DNA of 64,000 nucleotides from Gemmatimonadales bacterium (GTDB lineage Bacteria; Gemmatimonadota; Gemmatimonadetes; Gemmatimonadales; GWC2-71-9): contig DATDFC010000119.1 in NCBI GenBank assembly GCA_036522815.1, positions 2,462 through 66,461 on the forward strand, written 5' to 3'. Positions 34,962-43,176 of the stretch are shown one piece after another (position 1 is the first letter of the stretch; each line of letters opens with the position of its first letter). The translations under genes and the position numbers were made by a program. The notes under the pieces are model-generated. The model searched no databases and had not been told where the DNA came from. It saw only the letters and a list, made by a program, of their open reading frames with translations.

Positions 34962-36085
34962 CCGAGCGCGCCGACGTCGCGCGGTATCGCACCAACCTCC
35001 AGGGCGAAATCGATGGAGCGGCCCTGTATCGCGCGCTGGCGGAGGCCGAGCGGCAACCGCCCCTCGCTGACGTATACGGCAGGCTCGCGGCAACCGAGGA
35101 GCAGCACGCCCGCCACTGGGAAGAGCGGTTGCGCGCCGCGGGGGCGGGGATTCCACCGCGGCGACCGCGCTGGCAGATCCGCGTACTCGGCTGGCTCGCC
35201 CGGCGGTTCGGCCCGCAGGTCGTGCTGCCGACCGTGGCATCGCTCGAGCGTGTCGATTCGGGTCACTACGACGCCCAGGTGGAAGCGCGCGCCGCCGGCC
35301 TGCCGAGTCAGGAACGCTCTCACGCCCGACTGCTCCAGACGATCGTCGGTCCCGATCGGGGACTCGAGGGCAGCTCCCTCGTTCGCCTGGAGGGCCGGCA
35401 CCGCTCCGTGGGCGGCAACGCGCTGCGCGCCGCCGTCCTGGGCGCGAACGATGGACTCGTCTCCAACCTGAGCCTCGTGATGGGTGTGGCCGGCGCGCAG
35501 CTTGCGGGCCGCGGGATCGTGATCACTGGCCTCGCGGGGCTGCTTGCGGGCGCGGGCTCGATGGCGTTGGGGGAGTGGCTTTCAGTGCAGAGCTCTCGCG
35601 AGCTTTACGAACGGGAGATCCAGACGGAAGGCGAGGAGCTCGCGACAGTCCCTGAGGAGGAACAAGAGGAGCTCGCGCTCATCTACCAGGCCAAGGGGTT
35701 GCCGCGGAGCCAGGCGCGCGCGGTCGCCAAACGCCTGGTGGCGAACCGCGCGAATGCGCTCGATACGCTGGCGCGCGAAGAGCTCGGGGTCGATCCCGCG
35801 GAGCTCGGCGGGTCGGCGTGGCAGGCGGCGGGCGCCTCGTTCGTGTTGTTCGCACTGGGTGCGGTCGTGCCGCTCGCCCCCTTCCTGTTCCTCACGGGGA
35901 CGAGCGCGGTGGCGGTGAGCCTGGGCGCGAGCGCGGTCGCTCTGTTCTTGGTCGGTGCCGGGATCACGCTGCTCACGCGTCGCGGGCTGCTGTACACCGG
36001 CATGCGTCAGGTTCTGTTCGGGCTCGCGGCTGCGGGCCTCACCTTCGGGATCGGCCGCTTGATCGGCGCATCGCCCGGCCCTTGA
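34958..36085 (+). CDS. mbfA: ferritin-like (erythrin) / VIT1-CCC1 fusion protein, MbfA-like iron transporter
   Basis: The ATG overlaps the radical-SAM stop (ATGA). N-terminal EIDGAALYRALAE...EEQHARHWE (di-iron ferritin-like motif). C-terminal VIT1 motifs NDGLVSNLSLVMGVAG and GEWLSVQS, plus TM helices. Confidence 0.8.
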   Translation: MTERADVARYRTNLQGEIDGAALYRALAEAERQPPLADVYGRLAATEEQHARHWEERLRAAGAGIPPRRPRWQIRVLGWLARRFGPQVVLPTVASLERVDSGHYDAQVEARAAGLPSQERSHARLLQTIVGPDRGLEGSSLVRLEGRHRSVGGNALRAAVLGANDGLVSNLSLVMGVAGAQLAGRGIVITGLAGLLAGAGSMALGEWLSVQSSRELYEREIQTEGEELATVPEEEQEELALIYQAKGLPRSQARAVAKRLVANRANALDTLAREELGVDPAELGGSAWQAAGASFVLFALGAVVPLAPFLFLTGTSAVAVSLGASAVALFLVGAGITLLTRRGLLYTGMRQVLFGLAAAGLTFGIGRLIGASPGP

Positions 36086-36173
36086 TCTCAGGGAGCTCCT
36101 TATCGAGACGTTGCGGCCGGCTTCAGCTCTGTTTCATACGTGGGCGGTGACGTTTCGTTGCACAGGAGGCTCT

Positions 36174-36575
36174 ATGAAAGTGGCCGAGCTCATGCACACC
36201 GGTCTCAAGACGATCAGCGCTGATGTCACGGTTTCCGACGCTGTGGCGGCCCTCGCCGAGGCGCGGGTGTCCGCTCTCCCCGTGCTCGACCGTATGGGGC
36301 GGGCCATGGGCGTGCTCTCGGCCCGCGAGGTGCTCAAGGCCGAGCACGCGAGGAAGAGCCCGCGGGCGCGCGACCGTCTGTTCGACGAGACGTTGGTCAG
36401 GGAGATCATGGCGCCGTGGCCGGTCACGATCGCGCCGGACGCCGACGTGCGGGACGCCGCGCGGGAGATGCTCTACCTCGAGGTGCAGCGGCTGTTCGTT
36501 GAGCACGCGGGCCGACTGCTCGGTGTGATCTCGCAGACCGACATCGTGGGAGCCGTGGCGACCCAGAAGGTGTAG
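36174..36575 (+). CDS. CBS-pair domain protein
   Basis: AGGAGG RBS, MKVAELMHTGLKTISADVTVSDAV...ALPVLD, and a second CBS motif (VREIMAPWPVTI...ISQTDIV). Confidence 0.8.
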   Translation: MKVAELMHTGLKTISADVTVSDAVAALAEARVSALPVLDRMGRAMGVLSAREVLKAEHARKSPRARDRLFDETLVREIMAPWPVTIAPDADVRDAAREMLYLEVQRLFVEHAGRLLGVISQTDIVGAVATQKV

Positions 36576-36584
36576 CGCGGCGGG

Positions 36585-37268
36585 TCAGATCGGAACCGTC
36601 AGCACCGCGCACGGAGCTCGCTGCAGCAGGCGGGCGGCGACGCCGCTGGTCGCGTGAGCACTTACCGGGCCGCCGCGGTGATGGCCGAGTACGAGGAGAT
36701 CGGCGCCTTCCTCGCGCACCACCCGCAGCACTTCCGGCACGGGATCTCCCTCGCGCACGATGGCGTCGACTACGCTCCCGCGGCCGTAGCTGGCCGAGAG
36801 GGTGGCGTCCTCGGACGAGGCCGGCGCACCCACGCCGGTGAGCACGGGCTGTTCCACACGGAGGGAGCGCACCGTGGCGTCGAACAGCCGACCGATCAGC
36901 AGGGCCGCCCGGACAATGTCACGCGAATCGGGGCCGCCGTCGATGGCGGCGAGCACGCGCCGCACCGCCAGTGGCCCGCGGGGCAAGAGCAGGCAAGGCA
37001 CCCGGGCCCGGCGCACGGTCCCCTCGACAGTGCCGTGGTCATGGCGAAAGTCCGTTGCGGCGGGAGGCTCGCGACCGAGCACGACGAGATCGGCCCCCCG
37101 TGATTCCGCCTCCCGGGCGATCTCGATCGCGGGGACGGCGACGGGGGGAACGCTCAGCACCGTCAGGCGCGCGCCCGCACACTGGGCGAGCCACCGTGCG
37201 GGCTCCAGTGGGTGGGCGTCCGGAGAACCGGGCTGTACTGCGACGAGGATATTTCGCAGTGCTGGCAT
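36585..37268 (-). CDS. universal stress protein, tandem Usp domains
   Basis: ORF trimmed to MPALRNILVAVQPGS. Second domain VRRVLAAIDGGP...LLVLGHHRGG. Confidence 0.75.
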   Translation of the reverse strand: MPALRNILVAVQPGSPDAHPLEPARWLAQCAGARLTVLSVPPVAVPAIEIAREAESRGADLVVLGREPPAATDFRHDHGTVEGTVRRARVPCLLLPRGPLAVRRVLAAIDGGPDSRDIVRAALLIGRLFDATVRSLRVEQPVLTGVGAPASSEDATLSASYGRGSVVDAIVREGDPVPEVLRVVREEGADLLVLGHHRGGPVSAHATSGVAARLLQRAPCAVLTVPI

Positions 37269-37327
37269 ACTCACGCTCCTTGAGCGGCATCCTAAGAACC
37301 CGCGGCTGAAGAAACGCTGAATCCGCG

Positions 37328-38647
37328 GTGAGGCTAGCTTCCGCGCCGCGGCCCGTTCATACTGTCTGCGAGGTACGCTTGGCCAAGAAGCGCTCCCCAC
37401 CCCGAGGCCGGACAGCCGCTCCGGAAGCGTCGCGCGTGCGGCGGCGCTTCGAGCGCCTGCTGTCGGCCGGTGTCGCCGTGTTCTCGGAGCGCTCGCTCGG
37501 TCGCGTGCTGCAGCAAGTGGTGGATTCAGCGCGCGACGTGGTGGGCGCGCAGTACGCCGCGCTTGGCGTGCTGGCGCCGGACCGCGCGTCGCTCAGCCAG
37601 TTCGTCACGTCCGGTATCTCCCAAGCGGAGCGGGACCGCATCGGCGCGCTCCCCACCGGCCGCGGCCTGCTCGGTGTGCTGATCCGCGAGCCCAGGGCGG
37701 TCCGCACACGGGACATCACGCGGCATCCCAAGCGCTCCGGTTTCCCGCCGCACCATCCTGCGATGAAATCGTTTCTCGGGGTCCCGATCGTCAGTCACGG
37801 GCAGGTGTTCGGCAACCTGTACCTCACGCAGAAGCAGGGAGCGCCCGAGTTCGATGCCGAGGATCAGGCGATTGCCGTGCTCTTGGCGGCGCACGCCGCC
37901 GTCGCGATCGAGAACGCCCGGTTGAACGACGAAGCGCAGCGGCTCCTGGGGCAGGTGCGGGACATGCAGCGGCAGCGGGACCTGTCGTTCGCCATGATGA
38001 ACCATGAGCTCCGCAACGCGCTCGCGGGCGTGTTCGGATGGGCTGAGCGGCTGGTGCGGGGGAAGTCTCCGGAGACCGCGGCCCGGGCGGCGCGCGAAGT
38101 GTACGAGAGCGCCGAGCGGACGATCACGCTTCTCAACAATTTCCTGGATCTCACGCGGCTCGATGCCGGAAAGGTGCGACCGGTATGGCGCGACGTGGAC
38201 GTACGCAGCGCGATCGAGCACGCCCTGTCGGCAGTGCGCCCGGCGGCGGAAGCGAAACGGGTGCAGCTGGAGGTGCAGGGCGTGGACGGCGGGCGCGGGT
38301 TACGCACCGACCCGGTGCGACTGGAGCAGATTCTGGTGAACCTGTTGTCCAACGCCGTGCGGCACGGGCCCGAGGGCGAGGCCGTCGTGGTGCGCGTGGC
38401 CGCCCTCGATTCCGAAATGCGCTTCGCGGTGACCGATCGCGGTCCGGGGATTCCCCCGGATCTGCTGACCCGGATTTTCGAGCCGTTCGAGCGGTTCGAT
38501 CCGCACTCCGGCGTGGGGACAGGGCTCGGGCTGCCCGTGTCCCGCCGGTTGGCCGAGGTGCTGGGCGGCCGGCTCACGGTCCAGAGCGAAGTGGGCCGGG
38601 GAGCGACGTTTACGCTTGCCCTTCCCTTGAAGGCTCCCGACACATGA
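37328..38647 (+). CDS. GAF-domain sensor histidine kinase
   Basis: GAF region (VVGAQYAALGVL...FLGVPIV..G.VFGNLYL), H-box MNHELRNAL, and HATPase N/G boxes (NLLSNAVRHG, DRGPGIP, GTGLGL). The exact start is uncertain. Confidence 0.8.
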   Translation: MRLASAPRPVHTVCEVRLAKKRSPPRGRTAAPEASRVRRRFERLLSAGVAVFSERSLGRVLQQVVDSARDVVGAQYAALGVLAPDRASLSQFVTSGISQAERDRIGALPTGRGLLGVLIREPRAVRTRDITRHPKRSGFPPHHPAMKSFLGVPIVSHGQVFGNLYLTQKQGAPEFDAEDQAIAVLLAAHAAVAIENARLNDEAQRLLGQVRDMQRQRDLSFAMMNHELRNALAGVFGWAERLVRGKSPETAARAAREVYESAERTITLLNNFLDLTRLDAGKVRPVWRDVDVRSAIEHALSAVRPAAEAKRVQLEVQGVDGGRGLRTDPVRLEQILVNLLSNAVRHGPEGEAVVVRVAALDSEMRFAVTDRGPGIPPDLLTRIFEPFERFDPHSGVGTGLGLPVSRRLAEVLGGRLTVQSEVGRGATFTLALPLKAPDT

Positions 38648-38658
38648 AGGTTCCTTCA
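38645..38658. promoter_or_regulatory. perfect palindrome TGAAG-GTTC-CTTCA upstream of the response-regulator/kinase/globin/oxidase operon
   Basis: Overlaps the GAF-kinase stop codon, 50 nt upstream of ATG 38708. It has FNR/CRP-like 5-4-5 geometry but a different half-site. Confidence 0.35.
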
Positions 38659-38707
38659 TCACTCCTTTAGACTCGGTTCAGCGCCGGACGCCTAGACTGC
38701 CAGCCAT

Positions 38708-39394
38708 ATGAAAATCCTTGTGGTGGAAGACGATCGCAAAGTCGCCGGCTTTATCGAGCAGGGCCTGCGCGAAGAAGGGTACGCCGTGGACGTCGCGCCC
38801 GACGGTGAAGAGGGCACGACTCTGGCGCACGTGTACGAGTACGACCTCCTCGTGCTCGACGTGATGCTGCCCAAGAAGAACGGGCTGCAGGTGGCGTCGG
38901 AGCTGCGGCGCGAGGGCCGCAAGACGCCGATCCTGATGCTCACGGCCCGCGACACCACGGAGGACGTGGTGCGCGGACTCGATGCCGGTGCCGACGACTA
39001 CCTGCCCAAGCCGTTCAAGTTCGACGAGCTGTTGGCGCGCGTTCGCGCGCTGGTGCGGCGCGGCGGCGCGAGTCGCACGGAGCTGCTGACGTATGAGGCG
39101 ATCGAGCTGGACCGGTTGAAACACAAGGTCAAGGTCAACGGAAAGAAGCTCGAGCTGACTCCGAAGGAGTTCCAGCTGCTGGAGCATTTTCTGCTGCGTC
39201 CGGAGGAGGTCATCCGCCGGACCGAGCTGCTCGAGAAGGTGTGGGACCTGCATTTCGACCCCGAGAGCAACGTCGTGGACGTGCACGTCGGCAACCTGCG
39301 GCGCAAGCTCAAGGAGGCGGCGGAGCAGGAGCTGATCCACACGGTGCGAGGCGTCGGTTTCCGCCTGCAGTCGCCGGATCGAGACGAAGAGTGA
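38708..39394 (+). CDS. OmpR/PhoB-family response regulator (CusR/CopR-like)
   Basis: MKILVVEDDRKVAGFI..., the DVMLP receiver Asp, KPF, and a winged-helix C-terminus (LTPKEFQLLEHFL...VRGVGF). Confidence 0.9.
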   Translation: MKILVVEDDRKVAGFIEQGLREEGYAVDVAPDGEEGTTLAHVYEYDLLVLDVMLPKKNGLQVASELRREGRKTPILMLTARDTTEDVVRGLDAGADDYLPKPFKFDELLARVRALVRRGGASRTELLTYEAIELDRLKHKVKVNGKKLELTPKEFQLLEHFLLRPEEVIRRTELLEKVWDLHFDPESNVVDVHVGNLRRKLKEAAEQELIHTVRGVGFRLQSPDRDEE

Positions 39395-40461
39395 GCCGGT
39401 CGCTGCGGCGGACGCTGGCCGTCCGGTTCGCGGCGACCATGGGTGTCGGTCTCCTCGCGGTCGCCGCCGCCCTGCTGTACGGCAGCCATCTGTTTTTCCA
39501 GCACCACCTCGATCCGACCTCGATCCGCGACGCTATCGTCCCGGCGCTGCTGGGCGTGGTTCTGCTCGTGACCGGGGCGACGTTCGTGGGGGCGTGGTGG
39601 CTCGCGGGTTCGGCGGTGCAACCGGTCTGCGAGATCACGGAGCAGGCGACCCGCATCGCAGCGGGCACGCTCGACCAGCGGATCGTGGCGCATGCCGATA
39701 CCGACGAATACCGGGGACTGGTCGCGGTCTTGAACCGCATGCTCGAGCGTATCGACGCGGCCTTCAAGAACCAGCGGCGGCTGACGGCAGACGTGAGCCA
39801 CGAGCTGCGCTCCCCCCTCACGGCGCTGCGAGGGGAGATCGAGGTAGCGCTGCGCTTGGAGCGGAGCTCCCGTGACTATCAGCGCGTCCTGTACAGCGCC
39901 CTCGAGGAAATCGACCGCCTCACGGCGCTGAGCGACGACCTGCTGCTCATCACCCGGGCGGACGCGGGTTTGGTGACCGCCCACCCGGTTCCCACAGACG
40001 TCAACGCGCTGCTCCGCGGTACGCTTGAGGCCATGCGCGGGCGGATCGAGGAAAAGGAGCTCAGCGTGCACACACAGCTCGATCCCGAGCTGGGGCCAGT
40101 CGCGCTCGATCCCGCGCTCACGCGACGCCTGATCGAGGAGCTGCTCGACAACGCCGTGAAGTTCGCGCCTTCAGGCGGCACGGTCGGGGTCGCCACGGCG
40201 GCGATGGGACGCGCGTTGCGTCTCGCGGTCGAGAACTCCGGCTCGCCGCTGGCCAGCGATGCGATGGCGCATCTGTTCGAGCCGTTGTACCGCGCCGACC
40301 AGGCCCGGACTCGGGGAACGGGGATGGGGCTCGGGCTCGCGTTCGCGGCGGCCGTGACGCGGTTGCATGGCGGGTCGATTCGGGCCGTCAATCTCGCGAG
40401 CGGCGGCGTGCGGCTCGAGTGCGAGCTGTTCGGCGCGACCGACGCGCGGCACGCCGCATGA
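39391..40461 (+). CDS. HAMP/HisKA sensor histidine kinase (CusS-like)
   Basis: The GTG overlaps the regulator stop (GTGA). Two TM segments, H-box DVSHELRSPLTAL, and HATPase motifs. Confidence 0.85.
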   Translation: MSRSLRRTLAVRFAATMGVGLLAVAAALLYGSHLFFQHHLDPTSIRDAIVPALLGVVLLVTGATFVGAWWLAGSAVQPVCEITEQATRIAAGTLDQRIVAHADTDEYRGLVAVLNRMLERIDAAFKNQRRLTADVSHELRSPLTALRGEIEVALRLERSSRDYQRVLYSALEEIDRLTALSDDLLLITRADAGLVTAHPVPTDVNALLRGTLEAMRGRIEEKELSVHTQLDPELGPVALDPALTRRLIEELLDNAVKFAPSGGTVGVATAAMGRALRLAVENSGSPLASDAMAHLFEPLYRADQARTRGTGMGLGLAFAAAVTRLHGGSIRAVNLASGGVRLECELFGATDARHAA

Positions 40462-40883
40462 GCCGGGGCGAGAAGGAGCTCGACCAGGCGACCATGGCGG
40501 CGGCGAAGGCGAGCTACGACCGGTGCTGCGCCGCGCAGCACTTCTTCGAGGACTTCTACCGGAACTTCTTCAGCCGCTGCCCGCAGGCGAAGGCGATGTT
40601 CGCCCACACGGACTTCGCGCGGCAAAACAAGCTGCTGCAGCATGCGTTCGGTCTGCTGCTCATCTTCCCGAATCAATCCGATGGGGAACCGACCATCCTC
40701 ACGCGGGTGGCCGAGCGACACAGTCATCGGGAGCTCAATGTCGATCCCTCGATGTATCAGCCATTCATCGAGGCGCTGATCGATACGGTGCGGGCCTGCG
40801 ACCCCCGCTTCACCCCGGCCGTGGAATCCGCGTGGCGACAGACCGTGCACAAGGGCGTGGCGTACATGCAGGCCAAGTACTGA
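40458..40883 (+). CDS. single-domain globin-like protein
   Basis: The ATG overlaps the kinase stop (ATGA). 141 aa. Globin-like pattern FYRNFFSRCPQAKAMF...VAERHSHRELNVDPSMYQPFIEALIDTV, with a candidate proximal His. Confidence 0.65.
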   Translation: MSRGEKELDQATMAAAKASYDRCCAAQHFFEDFYRNFFSRCPQAKAMFAHTDFARQNKLLQHAFGLLLIFPNQSDGEPTILTRVAERHSHRELNVDPSMYQPFIEALIDTVRACDPRFTPAVESAWRQTVHKGVAYMQAKY

Positions 40884-40897
40884 CCGGAGGATCTCAC

Positions 40898-41035
40898 GTG
40901 TCCGAGCCTCAGACCCAGATGAGCCATCCGAAGGGGACCCTGCTCATCATGGCCCTGTATGGGCTGGTGTTCGTGGTGAGCTGGGTGGCCGTGTACGTGT
41001 TCGTCTATCTGCGCCGTGGCGGGGTGACGCCATGA
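40898..41035 (+). CDS. cytochrome c oxidase subunit IIa-like single-TM peptide (ba3 type)
   Basis: GGAGG lies 7 nt before GTG 40898, with an alternative ATG at 40919. HPKGTLLIMALYGLVFVVSWVAVYVFVYLRRG resembles Thermus subunit IIa. The stop overlaps the subunit II ATG (ATGA). Confidence 0.6.
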   Translation: MSEPQTQMSHPKGTLLIMALYGLVFVVSWVAVYVFVYLRRGGVTP

Positions 41036-41508
41036 ACGTGCCGCTGTACGAAAAGATCTGGATGTGGGCGGCGGGTGGCATCATCGCCGCGTTCATCGCG
41101 ATCGTGCTCGTCACCGCGGTCGGCGGCGCCCTGCAGCCGCCGAGTCACGTGGAGACGATCGACCCGACCAAGGTCTTCACCGACCCGCGTTTCGCCCATC
41201 CGGCCGTCACGGTGACCGCGAACGGCGCCACGGTCGTGGCGTTCGGCATGATGTTCGCGTTCACGCCGGCCGAGATCCATGTCCCGGCGGGCAAACCCGT
41301 CACGTTCCGGATGACGAGCGCCGACGTGACGCACGGGTTTCTGATCGTCGGGACCAACGCCAACACCATGCTCGTGCCGGGCTACGTGAGCCAGTTCACC
41401 ACCGTGTTCCAGCGGCCGGGCGAGTACCTCATCGTGTGCAACGAATACTGCGGCCTGGGCCATCACCTCATGTCGGCGAAACTGATCGTCGAGGAGGCGA
41501 AGCCATGA
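41032..41508 (+). CDS. cbaB: cytochrome c oxidase subunit II (ba3 type, CuA)
   Basis: One N-terminal TM segment. Cupredoxin domain with CuA motif HGF...CNEYCGLGHHLM. Confidence 0.85.
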   Translation: MNVPLYEKIWMWAAGGIIAAFIAIVLVTAVGGALQPPSHVETIDPTKVFTDPRFAHPAVTVTANGATVVAFGMMFAFTPAEIHVPAGKPVTFRMTSADVTHGFLIVGTNANTMLVPGYVSQFTTVFQRPGEYLIVCNEYCGLGHHLMSAKLIVEEAKP

Positions 41509-43139
41509 GCGCCGTCGTGGTTCGCTCGGGCCGCCTCGCGCTCGCGCACCTCTGGGTCGCGATACTGGCGTTCGGTGTGGCGTCGGCCATGGCCCTGATG
41601 CAGGCGCTGTCCCGCGCCGCGCTCGATCTGCCGTGGCGCTCGGCGCGGATGTACTACCTCTCCGTCACGGCGCACGGGACGTTGATGGCGCTCGTGTTCA
41701 CGACGTTCTTCATCATGGGGTTCGGCTACGTCGTGGCCGAGCAGGTGCTCGGGCGCCCGGTTCCGAACCGCGGGCTCGCATGGACGGGCTTCTGGGTCGC
41801 GCTCGTCGGGACCCTCGCCACCGTTGCGGCGATCCTGTCGGGGAAGGCCACCGTCCTGTACACGTTCTATCCCCCGCTCAAGGCCCATCCAGCGTTCTAC
41901 ATCGGGGCGACGCTGCTCGTGGTCGGGTCGTGGATCTGGGGATTCGTGGTGATCCGGAGCTATCTCGCCTGGAAGCGGGAGCATCCGGGGCAGCCCGCGC
42001 CGCTCGCGCTCCACGGTATGCTCGCCACCGTCATCGTGTGGTTCATCGCGACCGTCGGCGTGGCGGCGGAAATGCTGTTCCTGTTGATCCCCTGGTCGCT
42101 GGGGCTCACCAAGACGGTCGATCCCGAGCTGGCGCGCATGCTGTTCTGGTACTTCGGGCATCCGCTCGTGTACTTCTGGCTGCTGCCGGCCTATGTCGTG
42201 TGGTACACGGTGCTCCCCCGGGTGGCGGGCGGCCGGCTCTTCAGCGATCCGCTGGCGCGGCTGGTGTTCGTCCTGTTCGTCGTCTTGTCCACGCCGGTCG
42301 GCTTCCACCATCAGTTCATGGATCCCGGGATTCCGGCGTCGTGGAAGCTGTTCCACGCGCTGCTGACGTTCGGGATCCTGTTCCCGAGCTTTCTCACGGC
42401 GTTCACGGTGACGGCATCGCTCGAGGTGGCGGGCCGACTGCGGGGCGCGACCGGCCTGTTGAACTGGCTCGGGCGGCTTCCCTGGGGTGATCCGCTCGTG
42501 GCCAGCGTACTGCTCTCGATGCTGTTGTTCGCGGTGGGTGGCCTGGGCGGTGCGATCAACGCGGCCTACGGCATGAACGCCGTGGTGCACAACACGGCAT
42601 GGATCCAGGGGCACTTCCACCTGACGGTGGGCAGCGCCGTGGCACTGACCTTCATGGGGACGGCGTACTGGCTGCTGCCGCGGCTCACGGGGCGCGAGCT
42701 CGAGCTCGCCCTGCTCGCGAAGGTGCAGCCATATCTCTGGTTCATCGGCATGGTGCTGTTCTCGATCTCGAACCACATCACGGGGCTGATGGGCATGCCC
42801 CGGCGCATTTACGACGCGAGCTACGGCGGCAGCGCGGTGGCACACGCATGGCGCGGGCTCACCGATCTCTCGGCGGTGGGTGGGCTGTTCCTGTTCACGA
42901 GCGCCGGATTCTTCATGCTGGTGATGCTCGGCACCGGGCTGGCGGGCAAGCGGCGTCCGCCCGACCCGATTCACTGGGCCGAGCCGCTCGAGCCCGTGAG
43001 CCCGCGGGCGGGGCTGCTCGATCGCTACGGGCTGTGGACCGTCGTCGCCATCGTGCTCGTGCTCGTCGCGTACGCGGTGCCGCTGTGGCAGCATCTACGC
43101 ATGCAGACGTACGGCTCGCCAGGGTTCTCGCCGTTCTGA
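41505..43139 (+). CDS. cbaA: cytochrome c oxidase subunit I (ba3 / B-family)
   Basis: ORF trimmed to MSAVVVRSGRL. The ATG overlaps the subunit II stop (ATGA). Contains YFGHPLVYFWLLP, HHQFMD and AWIQGHFHLTVG. Confidence 0.9.
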   Translation: MSAVVVRSGRLALAHLWVAILAFGVASAMALMQALSRAALDLPWRSARMYYLSVTAHGTLMALVFTTFFIMGFGYVVAEQVLGRPVPNRGLAWTGFWVALVGTLATVAAILSGKATVLYTFYPPLKAHPAFYIGATLLVVGSWIWGFVVIRSYLAWKREHPGQPAPLALHGMLATVIVWFIATVGVAAEMLFLLIPWSLGLTKTVDPELARMLFWYFGHPLVYFWLLPAYVVWYTVLPRVAGGRLFSDPLARLVFVLFVVLSTPVGFHHQFMDPGIPASWKLFHALLTFGILFPSFLTAFTVTASLEVAGRLRGATGLLNWLGRLPWGDPLVASVLLSMLLFAVGGLGGAINAAYGMNAVVHNTAWIQGHFHLTVGSAVALTFMGTAYWLLPRLTGRELELALLAKVQPYLWFIGMVLFSISNHITGLMGMPRRIYDASYGGSAVAHAWRGLTDLSAVGGLFLFTSAGFFMLVMLGTGLAGKRRPPDPIHWAEPLEPVSPRAGLLDRYGLWTVVAIVLVLVAYAVPLWQHLRMQTYGSPGFSPF

Positions 43140-43176
43140 AGAAGCCGGGACGGGGGACGAGGGAAGGGGGACGGGT

